From IMG/VR virus record IMGVR_UViG_3300042892_002528, positions 7,054 through 71,053 of that record: a DNA stretch of 64,000 bases; one strand, 5' to 3'. Of this stretch, positions 1 to 10,296 are shown one piece after another. Below the pieces are notes generated by a model. It was not told where the DNA came from. It ran no database searches and saw nothing but the letters and a program-made list of their open reading frames with translations. The stretch is from a virus. The position numbers and the translations under genes were made by a program. The stretch's first letter is position 1. Each line of letters starts with the position of its first letter.

Positions 1-185
1 CCTTCAAGTTTTTGGTGCACTTTAATAGTTTTGCACTCTTCTTGAGGTTTACCTGCTTTATCTAAGATAACTTTACCAGCTTTATCTGTTTTTTCTTTAC
101 AGACTTTTTTAGTTTCTGCAGCTTCGCAAGCTAATGCAGAAACAAGTGCAAAACTAGCAATAACGGCTACAATAATTTTTTTCAT
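1..185 (-). CDS. small secreted protein (partial, runs off window)
   Basis: Not in ORF track. ATG at 185 overlaps the upstream stop (ATGA); MKKIIVAVIASFALVSALACEAAETKKVCKEK...ECKTIKVHQKLE; signal-peptide-like N-terminus. Confidence 0.75.
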   Translation of the reverse strand, partial: MKKIIVAVIASFALVSALACEAAETKKVCKEKTDKAGKVILDKAGKPQEECKTIKVHQKLE

Positions 186-400
186 TTAATTTCCTTAGTT
201 GGTGCAAACTTTTCGCTTGCTGTAAATCCTAATCCTGCAATTACAATATACATCATAGAATCAAATAATTTTGTGTCTATTGTATGACCAAGTACCATTG
301 CTATAAAAGCACCAGCACATAATAAAAATGCTAAAAAGGTAACTACTCGTTTACTGCTAACAGTATGGTCTTGTGATAACATGCACTTTAATGGTTCCAT
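182..400 (-). CDS. small 2-TM membrane protein, holin-like candidate
   Basis: 72 aa, two hydrophobic segments after SSKRVVTF; lies in lysis region. Confidence 0.6.
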   Translation of the reverse strand: MEPLKCMLSQDHTVSSKRVVTFLAFLLCAGAFIAMVLGHTIDTKLFDSMMYIVIAGLGFTASEKFAPTKEIK

Positions 401-856
401 TTAAATCTCCGGATGCGGTGCTTGTTGAGGAGCAGGCTTACCATTAATGTAAATAATGTTAGTACTAGGAGCGCTAGTTCCATTAAAACCTTGAGTAGTA
501 GAAAATCCTGGATTAAATGTAGGTTCTATTTTTACTGGATTAGCTTTAGCATAAGTATTTGAATTTTCTTGTGCTTGTTTAATCATGTCGCGTTTCATGT
601 CCATTTCTTCTTTGCTACCACCAGCTAACATAATTCCTGACAATGTACCTGTTAAGAAAGTAGCAATTGGAATAATCATTTCAAAAAATTTCTGGTCAAT
701 AGGACTAATAGCGTTTAATGGCTGAGTAATAAAAATAATTGAGTATAGCACTACAAACACAATGCCAGTTAGCGTAAGCGCAAGACAAATGCCAATAAAG
801 AATTTTAAGCGCGCCATTAGCTGATCTTCAGTATAGATAATTGGATTACTTTCCAC
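401..856 (-). CDS. 2-TM membrane protein
   Basis: Likely start GTG at 856 preceded by AAGGAG (track start 934); two hydrophobic helices and a Pro/Gln-rich tail. Confidence 0.65.
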   Translation of the reverse strand: MESNPIIYTEDQLMARLKFFIGICLALTLTGIVFVVLYSIIFITQPLNAISPIDQKFFEMIIPIATFLTGTLSGIMLAGGSKEEMDMKRDMIKQAQENSNTYAKANPVKIEPTFNPGFSTTQGFNGTSAPSTNIIYINGKPAPQQAPHPEI

Positions 857-1151
857 AGTTAGCTCCTTGTTTTTGTTGTACCACGCAAGCACCTGTTGGT
901 GCAACTGATTGATTAAATGTTTGAGTTTGTCCATCTTTGGGAGGTCCTAATCTTGGATCACGTTGGCCTTTAAAAATATGCTCTGGACAAGTTCGGGTAA
1001 CGTCACATACAGGTACTTTACAAAAATCTTTTTCCCAGTTTGCAGGGTCTTGACATGGGTATCGAAAGCTATCTTTACCAAAAAATGCTAAACCTACAGG
1101 TATTAACAATAGAGCTATCGCCCATTTAAATAATTTTAAATCATTGTGCAT
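846..1151 (-). CDS. membrane-anchored Cys-containing protein
   Basis: N-terminal hydrophobic segment followed by FRYPCQDPANW..C...C.....C. Confidence 0.65.
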   Translation of the reverse strand: MHNDLKLFKWAIALLLIPVGLAFFGKDSFRYPCQDPANWEKDFCKVPVCDVTRTCPEHIFKGQRDPRLGPPKDGQTQTFNQSVAPTGACVVQQKQGANCGK

Positions 1152-1301
1152 TTATAGTCCAATTTTTCCTAATAGTAAGTTAACGATTTTGTCTGATAGA
1201 TCATCTGGTAAGAATTTTAAAAATCCTAAGAAGTATAGTGCTACACATCCGTATACAAATATTTTTAAGCACATATCAAAGGTTTTTTGATACTCATTCA
1301 T
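1152..1301 (-). CDS. small single-TM protein (49 aa)
   Basis: Not in track. MNEYQKTFDMCLKIFVYGCVALYFLGFLKFLPDDLSDKIVNLLLGKIGL; exactly fills the gap with ATGA overlap and an abutting stop/start. Confidence 0.7.
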   Translation of the reverse strand: MNEYQKTFDMCLKIFVYGCVALYFLGFLKFLPDDLSDKIVNLLLGKIGL

Positions 1302-1795
1302 CTGCCACACCTATTACCTGTTTGGCAATATTGCATTAGTTCGTACCCGCCAATAAACATTATAAATAAAACAAAAGCGGTTCCGCCAAGTATCATGGCC
1401 CATTCATTAAGCTCTTCTTCTTTTTGTTTACGCTTGCGTTCTTGCGCATTAAAAAGTCTTATGTCATTAGCGTCATCAGCATCCATTTCTGCTTGGCGTG
1501 CTTTGATCTTGTTCCAAACATCAATTTTGCCTGTTTGCATAAATAGCATTTTGAGTTCTTCTTCAAAAGCTCTGGCTTGTTCTAGTGCCATCTCAATTTG
1601 AAGGGCCGTGCCCATGTTGTTGCCTTTTTTACTACTTTTAGCTTCCATTAAAGCTTTAGTAGCTGTACTCTTAGCATCAAACATTTTGCCAATCATTGGG
1701 GCCAATGACCCTAAATCGTTAGCAACTGCGCTTGCTTTTTTAACCATTGAAATGGCTGATTGTATCCCCGCTAGTGCGGTCATCGGATCTATCAT
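1298..1795 (-). CDS. coiled-coil protein with C-terminal TM
   Basis: 165 aa; AGGAG RBS; MIDPMTALA start; C-terminal hydrophobic helix. Confidence 0.7.
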   Translation of the reverse strand: MIDPMTALAGIQSAISMVKKASAVANDLGSLAPMIGKMFDAKSTATKALMEAKSSKKGNNMGTALQIEMALEQARAFEEELKMLFMQTGKIDVWNKIKARQAEMDADDANDIRLFNAQERKRKQKEEELNEWAMILGGTAFVLFIMFIGGYELMQYCQTGNRCGR

Positions 1796-1804
1796 ATTTA
1801 TCTC

Positions 1805-1942
1805 CTATCGGCGCTTTTTACGCCATTCTAAACAAATTACTTTTCTTGAGTATACGTCTCCAGTCCATGCCCACCTAACACATTCATATTCGTCAGGTTT
1901 GGCATAACTTAATGTTATTGAAATTAGCAAAGCGGAAAGCAC
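1805..1942 (-). CDS. small secreted protein (45 aa)
   Basis: Not in track. GTG start after AGGAG; MLSALLISITLSYAKPDEYECVRWAWTGDVYSRKVICLEWRKKRR. Confidence 0.65.
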   Translation of the reverse strand: MLSALLISITLSYAKPDEYECVRWAWTGDVYSRKVICLEWRKKRR

Positions 1943-1945
1943 CGC

Positions 1946-2560
1946 TTAGGCTCCTAGTACATGCTTGGCATGTTCATAATGTTTTTTACGATCTTCTAGA
2001 CCGATAGTACCGCCGTTGATACGTTTAGTTAGGGTTAAAATGTCGTCGGCATCTGCCCACTGATTTAATTTGTTTGTTTCCCAAAACCAGCACGCTGACT
2101 GTGCAGCACCTTCAAAGGTTTCCATATATTCCGAAGCTTCTTCAGGTGAAATTTCTAATGAACTAGCAAACCAAAAGTAGTTATCCTTGCCAGTTAACTG
2201 AATAAGACCGCGACCGCAGTAACGATAACCGTCTCCAGACTCTTCAGGACCATTACCCATTCTGTTGCAATATACTTTATTTGCGATTGCTTGGGGCTTG
2301 TTGGCAAACTGTGCTGCCATCTCGTCTGTTGGGAAATACTTAGGAAAAATTTTACGTAATGTGACTGCACGATAGTTTAAATTTTCTTTGATTGCACGAA
2401 ATCCGCCCGACTCATGAGCACATTGCGCTAAAAATGCAGCCATACGTTGTGGAGTATTGATTTCGTAATCTGGTAATAGTTGTACTAAGGCTTTGTGCCA
2501 GTACTCTATATAAGGATTCTTTTCAACAATTTGCTTTAGTTGATCTAATGTTAGTTCCAT
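1946..2560 (-). CDS. endolysin, glycoside hydrolase family 19
   Basis: AAFLAQCAHESGGF..ENLNY, GDGYRYCGRGLIQLTGKDNY and TKRINGG..GL.DR motifs. Confidence 0.92.
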   Translation of the reverse strand: MELTLDQLKQIVEKNPYIEYWHKALVQLLPDYEINTPQRMAAFLAQCAHESGGFRAIKENLNYRAVTLRKIFPKYFPTDEMAAQFANKPQAIANKVYCNRMGNGPEESGDGYRYCGRGLIQLTGKDNYFWFASSLEISPEEASEYMETFEGAAQSACWFWETNKLNQWADADDILTLTKRINGGTIGLEDRKKHYEHAKHVLGA

Positions 2561-2823
2561 TACTTTACGCTTTCATAAATAATTTTTTGTTCACGATACC
2601 AGCGCTGCCAAGCTTCTAGTTTAACAGCACACATATAGTATTCCGTGTAATTAACTGTTACAGTTTTTGCTACATCTGACAACTTAACCTCGTCTGCTAA
2701 TTTTTGCAAGTTAGGGCAAGGTTCTTGTACTAGTGTACCAGGCGCTTGCGGAAACTTTGCTGTAATTGGAACAGTTGTACAAGCACCGAGTAGTAAAATT
2801 AGTGGGATTAATAAAAACTTCAT
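2560..2823 (-). CDS. o-spanin (Rz1-like lipoprotein)
   Basis: Lipobox LLLGAC, Pro-rich segment after the Cys; directly follows the i-spanin candidate. Confidence 0.75.
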   Translation of the reverse strand: MKFLLIPLILLLGACTTVPITAKFPQAPGTLVQEPCPNLQKLADEVKLSDVAKTVTVNYTEYYMCAVKLEAWQRWYREQKIIYESVK

Positions 2824-3239
2824 TTCTTTGGTGCCTCTGCTGCTTGATTATGTACTACAACAAATTCTTTGGGAACAACACAATTAGCGTCAAACTTAAC
2901 GACTTCACGATCTACATACTTAATTATGTCTTGACCACGTTGTTTTACTATTTGAGTTTTTACAAGTGTTTTTTCCACAATCTCGCTATTAGCAGTTGCT
3001 GATTTAGCTTCTGCCTCAGCTACTTTTACCTCTAGATCTTTTATTTTAGCTAGCCATGCATCGTTGTTTGATATAGCACCTATCATGTAAACACTTATAA
3101 CAACTGCTGCAACGCTTGCTAGTTGAATTAACTGTGCATTTGGCAGCAGTTTAACAAACTTAGTAACTAAAAATGCAGCTACGCCTGCTAATAGCAGTGC
3201 ATAAAATATCCAGTTGGGTAAAAATTGTAATATCCACAT
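2820..3239 (-). CDS. i-spanin (Rz-like)
   Basis: N-terminal TM segments, periplasmic coiled coil, C-terminal Cys; 4-nt overlap with the lipoprotein gene. Confidence 0.7.
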   Translation of the reverse strand: MWILQFLPNWIFYALLLAGVAAFLVTKFVKLLPNAQLIQLASVAAVVISVYMIGAISNNDAWLAKIKDLEVKVAEAEAKSATANSEIVEKTLVKTQIVKQRGQDIIKYVDREVVKFDANCVVPKEFVVVHNQAAEAPKK

Positions 3240-3240
3240 A

Positions 3241-4287
3241 TTATTCCATTAATTTAAGATTACTAAGTAATCGTGTATCACTAGGAGCAAACTCTAGTGC
3301 TTTCTTTATAAATTCTACAGCTTCTTCTTTAAAACCTAAGTTCCAAGCTGCAATAGAAGCATAATCATATGGTTTTTCAGTCCAAACACTTGGATCCATA
3401 GTGTACACTAATGCTTTATCTTTAATTGCTAGTGCTGATTTACACGCAGAGTAACAATCTAACCACATATTAAGCCTATAAGATGTTTCTGCTAAGCCTA
3501 CCCAAGGCTCACGAGTATTAGGCGCTTCAGCAATAGCTAAACGGAACATCTTAATTGACATTTCCCAATTACCCAATTCTGAATAACATTTACCTAATAG
3601 TCTATAAGCATAGCAACGTTCGTTTACCCAGGTTGCTTCTGGCATTGCTAAATATTTATTAAGATAAATAATAGCTTCATCCCAATTACTGTAAAAAGTC
3701 AACTCTCGTGCGTGATAAAACGCATTACGAGGACAATGTGGATCTTCTGCAATAGCCAGTTTTAGTAATGGCATATACTGTCCACGTGACTTAGTATTGT
3801 CAGGATGATGGCTAACTAACAACATGTCAGTTTGCGCGTATATTTCTTTTGTGCGATTGTCTGGGCGAGGATATTCGTGAACTGGATGATGCCAGTGGTA
3901 GCCTGTTCTATGATGGATCTTTTCATAGAAAAAACTAATACCTTGACCCCAGTCAAATTTATAACGAAGTCGAGTTGTTTCTGTTGTCCATACTCGTTCG
4001 ATTTCTTCTCGCCAACCTGGCTCTAAGACTTCGTCTAAGTCTAGCGAAATGCACACGTCGTAATCCCCAGGGATTAAATTTAGTGCTGTATCGCGTGCTT
4101 TGTCAAATCGCCAAGGCTTAACTGAAATGTTGTATACCTCAGCACCATATTTTTTGGCTTCAGCAACTGTGTTGTCTGTGGAGCCAGTATCCGCAATTAG
4201 GATAAGATCAGCATCTATTGCGGATTTACAAAAACGTTCAACAAATTGTTCTTCGTTTTTACTGATAGCGTAAACTGCTATTTTCAT
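3241..4287 (-). CDS. family 2 glycosyltransferase with C-terminal TPR repeats
   Basis: ISKNEE, DTGSTDNT, FDKARD, SLDLDE (DxD), VHE motif, then TPR-like helices. Confidence 0.88.
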   Translation of the reverse strand: MKIAVYAISKNEEQFVERFCKSAIDADLILIADTGSTDNTVAEAKKYGAEVYNISVKPWRFDKARDTALNLIPGDYDVCISLDLDEVLEPGWREEIERVWTTETTRLRYKFDWGQGISFFYEKIHHRTGYHWHHPVHEYPRPDNRTKEIYAQTDMLLVSHHPDNTKSRGQYMPLLKLAIAEDPHCPRNAFYHARELTFYSNWDEAIIYLNKYLAMPEATWVNERCYAYRLLGKCYSELGNWEMSIKMFRLAIAEAPNTREPWVGLAETSYRLNMWLDCYSACKSALAIKDKALVYTMDPSVWTEKPYDYASIAAWNLGFKEEAVEFIKKALEFAPSDTRLLSNLKLME

Positions 4288-4335
4288 TTTTATTATTTTG
4301 GTTAGTTAAAAAATTATAGTACAAATATTTTCATA

Positions 4336-6594
4336 TTAGAATGTTACTACAGTAGGAGTACCTGTACCTGCTGCATCAGGTAACGCAATATCAGATAATG
4401 TTAAATAACTGGTTGCTGCGCTTAGTGATCCAATATTGTCAGCTAATGTACTTGTTGCAGGTGTAAGTGCACTTGCGGCATAGGTATAGCTGGATCCACC
4501 CAGTGAATATGTTCCAGTTAACGTACCGTCACTAGGAAACTTGGTTAATATTGCAGTACCATTTGTGTCTCCAATAGTGTACATACTGCCGGAGGAATCT
4601 AGTGTTATATTGTTAAATATATTGCTGACAGTAGTAGAAAAATTTCTTTGCCATTGTAGCGTACCAGCTGAATTGTATTTAGCAGTAAAATTTTCATACT
4701 TTCCACTGATGTTTCCGTTGGCAGTAATATAAACATTGTTGGAGGAATCCACTGCTATTCCATAACCACCTAGTGATGCACTTCCAGTCAAACTTCTTTG
4801 CCATTGAAGCGTACCACTAGAATTATACTTGACCACAAGGATCGCTGATTGATCTGCCATTCCCACAACATAGATATTGTCGGAAGAATCAACCGCTACA
4901 TTGTTACCAGTGTCACTTCCTCCATAATTATTTCCCAGCACTTTTTGCCATTGTAACGTACCCGAGTTATTATATTTGGCAAGCACAAGATCAAATGTAC
5001 CATTATTGTCGGAATATCCAGTAGTATACACATTGCTGGCAGAATCTAGTGCTATACTAATTCCAAAATCCATACTGCTTGTGCTGGTGCCGCTCAAACT
5101 GCGTTGCCATGACATACTACCAAAACTGTCTAATTTAAATGTTAAAAAATCAAAATTGCCGCCACCTGCATTTGCATTTGAATAGGCACTAACATAGACG
5201 TTACTGGCAGAATCTACTGCTATACCTACTCCATATTCATTTCTAGAAGTGCCACCTGATAATTGTTTTTGCCATTGAATAGTACCACTAGTATTGTATT
5301 TAACTATAATAACATTATTATATTGGCTGTATGGGGCAGAAACAGTAGAAGAACCGTTACTCTCAGAGTAACCAGTAATATATACATTTTCAGATGAGTC
5401 TATTGCTATTCCCAAACCTTCTTCAGCGGGGGAGATCTCGCCCAACGATCTTTGCCATTGTAGTGTACCAGAACTGTTATATTTGGCTATCAGTATGAAA
5501 GCAGACACATTTCCCACTATATAAATATTACCTGATGCTGCAACTGCCACATCTTTACCACGAGCACTAGATAATTGTGCTATAAAATACGTGGGAGGGG
5601 GTTCATTTATGGTAAAACTAAACGTTCCTATTATTGGGCCCTCTGCATAGGCTTCTCTAAGTTGTACTGTATGAGTAGTGGGGCCTTCGGTTACACCATC
5701 GTTGCGTGGTTGTATATAAAATTTGCCTGAACCAAAAGTCTCTTTTCTGGTAGTATTTGTTGGGCTACCATATCCAGGTCGTACTACATTATCAAAGTAC
5801 TCTGCATTTTTAACGTATATTTTTCCTGCAGGTAAAACTTGTGACCATTGCGTACCCTCATCTTTATTAAAAGCGTAAGTATAATACTGCGGGCTTGGAT
5901 AGTTATAATTAATTGTAGTATTGTCAATACTATAGTATATAAAATGACCATCAGGTGCTATAACTGGATACTCTTCACCAGTTGACAAATTAATTCCGTT
6001 AACTCTAAATTCGTAAGTAGTTCCTTCATTTAAACTATTTTGAGTAATAGTATTATTCCAAGCAGTATCAAAACTAAATGTTGCAGGTGCGCTAGTATCT
6101 GCTATACTAATTACGGGGCTTGTGAGCACTACAGGGCCACTAAGAGAGGCTTCTCGGATTTCTATTTGAAAAGTTTCGGTACCTTCAGTAACATTTTCAG
6201 CAATTGTATATACTCCAAAACGACCTAGTTCTTCTCCGTATGGGTTATTGTACCAAGAACCTGGCGACGGATACGCAGTTGTCCCCCAATTGTTGGAAGC
6301 AAATGTACCTGAAACTTCACCAAAATCAGCTGCAGTTGTTGTTATGTGTTTGATTCTCCAGAACAGCGGTCTGACTCCAGCGCCTGAACCATGTACATAA
6401 AATGTAAAACTTTGGGCATTCAAGTTGTTACTAGTTTCTAGTAAAACAGGTGGTACGGGAACCATAGGGTTGTAAACACTGTTTGCACCAAAAGGACTAT
6501 TAACAAAACTATACACGGCGCCTGATGGAAGTACTGCAGTTGAACCTGTAAAACCCAGTGCTTTACTACCACCTGTTGAAAAAGATAATGGCAT
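4336..6594 (-). CDS. putative fibre-tip/receptor-binding protein: Calx-beta-like domains plus beta-propeller (SBBP-like) repeats
   Basis: TEGTETF/TEGPTT Ig-like repeats and about seven G.AVDSS.NVY...KYNSSGTLQWQR repeats. Confidence 0.7.
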   Translation of the reverse strand: MPLSFSTGGSKALGFTGSTAVLPSGAVYSFVNSPFGANSVYNPMVPVPPVLLETSNNLNAQSFTFYVHGSGAGVRPLFWRIKHITTTAADFGEVSGTFASNNWGTTAYPSPGSWYNNPYGEELGRFGVYTIAENVTEGTETFQIEIREASLSGPVVLTSPVISIADTSAPATFSFDTAWNNTITQNSLNEGTTYEFRVNGINLSTGEEYPVIAPDGHFIYYSIDNTTINYNYPSPQYYTYAFNKDEGTQWSQVLPAGKIYVKNAEYFDNVVRPGYGSPTNTTRKETFGSGKFYIQPRNDGVTEGPTTHTVQLREAYAEGPIIGTFSFTINEPPPTYFIAQLSSARGKDVAVAASGNIYIVGNVSAFILIAKYNSSGTLQWQRSLGEISPAEEGLGIAIDSSENVYITGYSESNGSSTVSAPYSQYNNVIIVKYNTSGTIQWQKQLSGGTSRNEYGVGIAVDSASNVYVSAYSNANAGGGNFDFLTFKLDSFGSMSWQRSLSGTSTSSMDFGISIALDSASNVYTTGYSDNNGTFDLVLAKYNNSGTLQWQKVLGNNYGGSDTGNNVAVDSSDNIYVVGMADQSAILVVKYNSSGTLQWQRSLTGSASLGGYGIAVDSSNNVYITANGNISGKYENFTAKYNSAGTLQWQRNFSTTVSNIFNNITLDSSGSMYTIGDTNGTAILTKFPSDGTLTGTYSLGGSSYTYAASALTPATSTLADNIGSLSAATSYLTLSDIALPDAAGTGTPTVVTF

Positions 6595-6603
6595 TACGTG
6601 TCC

Positions 6604-8028
6604 TTATCCAAACTTTGTTTGCGAAACATACACTCTCCAATCCCCAGGAACTTTAACCATAAACATTACATAAAGATCACTAGCATTAGCACTAACAATA
6701 GTAGCACCTCCTTGAAATTGCGGTGTTACGGTTACACCATCAATTTTGAAAGCAGTAGGATAATAATTAGTAGTAGTTAAATTTTTAACAAAAAAGTTCA
6801 TTGTTATAGATTCATTATTAGCAAGAAGTGAGCCTAGTGTAGTATTAACGTCACCACGTACATTTATAATAAAATTACTTGTTGCCTGATTGCTAAAAAT
6901 TTTAATAGGTGCTTCGAGAACATCAAGATTTACTTGTGATGCTTGTGACCAATTAGACGGATCAGTTATAGATACGTTTTCTTTAAAAGTTTTAATTGTT
7001 TTATTAGATACTGATTGCGAACCTGTTAAAGTAACAAAATTACTAGTATCAGGAGTACTTACTGTAATTGCGGCATAGCCACCACCACTTGTACTCTGTG
7101 TTGTTGCAGTAACCGCGGAACCAACAAAGTTGAGATTAGTGAATGTACCTACAAAACCATCTTCATCCCAAACTGCTACACCTGTTTGTGAACCTGTAGG
7201 CCCTGTAATACCTTGGATACCTTGAGGACCTGTAGGGCCTGCTACTGTTGATGCAGCTCCTGTAGGGCCTGTAACACCTTGAATACCTTGAATACCTTGA
7301 ATACCTTGTACGCCTTGAACGCCTGTTGGTCCTTGAATACCTTGAATACCTTGAATTCCCTGAGTACCTGTAGGTCCTGCTACTATTGAATCTGCTCCTG
7401 CTAAACCCTGAGCACCCGTTGGTCCTGTAACACCTTGTATACCTTGAGTACCTGTAGGACCAGTAGTACCTTGAATTCCTTGAATGCCTTGAATTCCCTG
7501 AGCACCTGTAGGTCCTGTAGGTCCTGTAGGGCCCGTAACACCTTGGATACCTTGAATTCCCTGAGCACCTGTAGGACCGGTAGGACCTGTAACGCCTTGT
7601 AGACCTTGAGGACCTTGAAGTCCGCTAGCACCGCTTAAATCTGTTGTATAAGTGTATGTTGAACCATTCCAAAGATACAGTTTTGAATCATCTGGATTCT
7701 CTACATTACCTGTATCAATAATTGCAAACTGTCCTGCTATAATTCCACTAGGAGAAGTATCAGCAGTTAATGCAGCAACACTAACGTAAATTTTTGCAAT
7801 TGTAAAACCTAAACCTGTTGTTCCTGTAGGACCTGTAGGTCCCGTAACACCTTGAACACCTGTAGGTCCAATAAGAGTTGCGGGTCCTGCAATTGTTTGA
7901 TTTGGCCAAGCTCCTGTAATTGTAACATTAGTACCTGCTACGAGTCCTGGAGTAGGTGTACCTGTGCCTCCCTTGGCTATAGGTAGTACCAGTGTAGGGT
8001 CAAGTGCGTTCTGAACAATTAAGGTCAT
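6604..8028 (-). CDS. collagen-like fibre protein
   Basis: Gly-X-Y runs (GPT, GIQ); [10 protein letters not shown]-terminal motif; globular C-terminus. Confidence 0.8.
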   Translation of the reverse strand: MTLIVQNALDPTLVLPIAKGGTGTPTPGLVAGTNVTITGAWPNQTIAGPATLIGPTGVQGVTGPTGPTGTTGLGFTIAKIYVSVAALTADTSPSGIIAGQFAIIDTGNVENPDDSKLYLWNGSTYTYTTDLSGASGLQGPQGLQGVTGPTGPTGAQGIQGIQGVTGPTGPTGPTGAQGIQGIQGIQGTTGPTGTQGIQGVTGPTGAQGLAGADSIVAGPTGTQGIQGIQGIQGPTGVQGVQGIQGIQGIQGVTGPTGAASTVAGPTGPQGIQGITGPTGSQTGVAVWDEDGFVGTFTNLNFVGSAVTATTQSTSGGGYAAITVSTPDTSNFVTLTGSQSVSNKTIKTFKENVSITDPSNWSQASQVNLDVLEAPIKIFSNQATSNFIINVRGDVNTTLGSLLANNESITMNFFVKNLTTTNYYPTAFKIDGVTVTPQFQGGATIVSANASDLYVMFMVKVPGDWRVYVSQTKFG

Positions 8029-8037
8029 AAATATTCC

Positions 8038-8406
8038 TTATAATACTTGCGTATTGTTGATTTCAATCCAAGATTTTGTTTCTTCGTTCCAGCCAAATAT
8101 CTTACCTTCTTCAACTGGTATTGGTATTGGGGCTTCCCAAAGGCAAGTAGTTTCATTTAATATCCATGAAAGAAATGGTTTTGGTGGAATAAATGCATCA
8201 CGTAAAACATTGTATGCATAACCAATACCTGCATAATTCTTGCGTAATGGAGTGCCACCTAAAGTATGAACACCACCAATTGTATTATAGCTTGTTTGAA
8301 CCCAAGATGCTGGATCACCAAACATACCTGTATCAATTACGTCTTGCTCGATAGCTAAAACTCTTGTAACAATATTGTTTACATCAATTTGTGCAAAATG
8401 ACTCAT
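8038..8406 (-). CDS. conserved phage protein (partner of glycine-rich fibre protein)
   Basis: MSHFAQID..NIVTRV, WVQTSYNT, RKNYAGIGY, FIPPKPF.SW motif set typical of aquatic phages. Confidence 0.7.
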   Translation of the reverse strand: MSHFAQIDVNNIVTRVLAIEQDVIDTGMFGDPASWVQTSYNTIGGVHTLGGTPLRKNYAGIGYAYNVLRDAFIPPKPFLSWILNETTCLWEAPIPIPVEEGKIFGWNEETKSWIEINNTQVL

Positions 8407-8418
8407 TGTTAAATTTCC

Positions 8419-10212
8419 TTAAAATGTAATTGAACCAGAATTTATCCATTTATATATTCTGTATCCGCCAGAGACTGTAATTGTTGGTGAACCTGTTGTC
8501 GCACTTGCTGGACCATATGTATCTGAATACCGAACAATTACAACACCAGAACCGCCGTTACTTCCTGGATTTGCATCACTGCCACCAGCACCACCACCAC
8601 CACGATATTCTTCAGCATTAGATGGTGTTGTTCTTGTTGCATTTGCACCACCATCACGACCAATTGCAAGATTTGTAGGATAAGGTCTAACAGAACTACT
8701 ATAAGTTCCACCACCGCCACCTCCTGAGTAAGTTGTTGCTGTTCCAGAATAAGAACTACTTAAACCTGCACCACCATTGCCGTTGCCTTCCACATCAATT
8801 GAATTACCAGCAGAACCCATGCCACCGCCACCGCCACCAGCAGTCAGATTATCAGCTGTTAACCCATAACGACCCTTACCACCATTAAATCCTAATGTTC
8901 CTGTACCACCATAGCCAGCAAAATTTGCCCATGGGTATGTTCCTGCACCACTAGAAGAAGCATAAGTTGCACCACCACCACCAGTAGCACCATTACCGCC
9001 TTGACCACCAACTGTAAAATTAGGTCCACCGCCACCACCGCCAGTTGCTGTTATCGTAGCAAAAGTTGATGGATTTCCTTGACTAGGTGTACCTTGTGCC
9101 GCAGACGCTGGGCCACCAGAACCAACTGTAACTGTGTATTCTAAACCTGCTGTTACTCCATAACCTGATGTAGTGCGAAGTCCACCGCCTCCACCGCCTC
9201 CACCGCCTGAACCAAATCCGCCACCACCACCCCCTGCAACTACTAGATAGTCAACAGATATTGGTGCTGTGGGTGCTGCCGTGGTAGTAATACTATTACT
9301 TGCTGAGCTTGGTAGACTAGTGCCTATATTATTTGTAGCAGTTACAGTAAATGTATAACCTGTACCTGCTGTTAATCCTGTAACATTAATAGTACCGCTA
9401 CCTGCTTGGCTTAATGTACCTGTAATACCGCCAGGACTACTTGTTGCTGTATAGCTTGTTATAGCAGCACCACCATTATTAGCAGGAGCAATAAATGCAA
9501 CTGTAGCTGTTGTTTGACCAGTAGATGTAGCAGTTCCTATTGTAGGTGCGTCAGGAGCCGAAATGGCTACTACAGTTAAACTAAACGCTCTATTAGTATC
9601 TTGATTTTGCGCATCTGTAGCACGTACAGTAAAGTTATAAGTAGTAGAGCTAGCAATATTAGGAGTAGTACCACTAATAACTCCTGTGCTGGTATTAAGA
9701 CTAATGCCAGCAGGTAGTGCTCCACTAACTACTAAATAAGAAACGGGTGCATCACCTGTTGCGGCTATAGTAGTTGAGAAACTTGTAGAAGTATCTGGAG
9801 TACCTAAACTACCTGATGCAGTAGACCAAGCAGGTACACCAGAGTATTGCACTCCAGGTACACTAATAGCTGAACTACCATCTGTATTAATAACATAAAG
9901 AATATAACTTCCTGCAGTGTTTGCAGGTGCTACAAAAGTAAGTTGAGTTGCTGAAACACGAGTTACTTGGGTTACTTGTACATCTCCAACTAATACAGTA
10001 ACTCCAGTATTAAAGTTAGTACCGTTTAGGGTAACAGTATCACCGCCTGCTGTATTAGTAGCAGTATCGTTACCTGTGTAAACAATAGAGGTAATAGTTG
10101 GAGAGTTGCCACCACCGCCAGTAGTAGTGCCTGTGCCCCCTTTTTCAGGCGCAATAATTCCGGAAGAGTTTACACCCAACCCAAGTTTTGCTAAATTTGT
10201 TGCTATACTCAT
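8419..10212 (-). CDS. virion protein with IPT/TIG, Ig-like, FN3 and glycine-rich domains
   Basis: GGDTVTLNGTNF (IPT), SGALPAGISLNTSTGVISG (Ig), APDAPTIG..YTFTVTATN (FN3), VDYLVVAGGGGGG...GGSGVVIVRY. Confidence 0.78.
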   Translation of the reverse strand: MSIATNLAKLGLGVNSSGIIAPEKGGTGTTTGGGGNSPTITSIVYTGNDTATNTAGGDTVTLNGTNFNTGVTVLVGDVQVTQVTRVSATQLTFVAPANTAGSYILYVINTDGSSAISVPGVQYSGVPAWSTASGSLGTPDTSTSFSTTIAATGDAPVSYLVVSGALPAGISLNTSTGVISGTTPNIASSTTYNFTVRATDAQNQDTNRAFSLTVVAISAPDAPTIGTATSTGQTTATVAFIAPANNGGAAITSYTATSSPGGITGTLSQAGSGTINVTGLTAGTGYTFTVTATNNIGTSLPSSASNSITTTAAPTAPISVDYLVVAGGGGGGFGSGGGGGGGGGLRTTSGYGVTAGLEYTVTVGSGGPASAAQGTPSQGNPSTFATITATGGGGGGPNFTVGGQGGNGATGGGGATYASSSGAGTYPWANFAGYGGTGTLGFNGGKGRYGLTADNLTAGGGGGGMGSAGNSIDVEGNGNGGAGLSSSYSGTATTYSGGGGGGTYSSSVRPYPTNLAIGRDGGANATRTTPSNAEEYRGGGGAGGSDANPGSNGGSGVVIVRYSDTYGPASATTGSPTITVSGGYRIYKWINSGSITF

Positions 10213-10296
10213 ATAGACTATACCTTTACTTAATTAAGGGATTTATGTACCTAGACCCAATAAACCATTGCTGCTAAACAGCGCAAATATTCTGTA

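Noticed and set aside
1287-1907. Plus-strand ORFs 1287-1601 and 1608-1907
   Set aside because: Fully overlap better-supported minus-strand genes; non-ATG starts and no RBS
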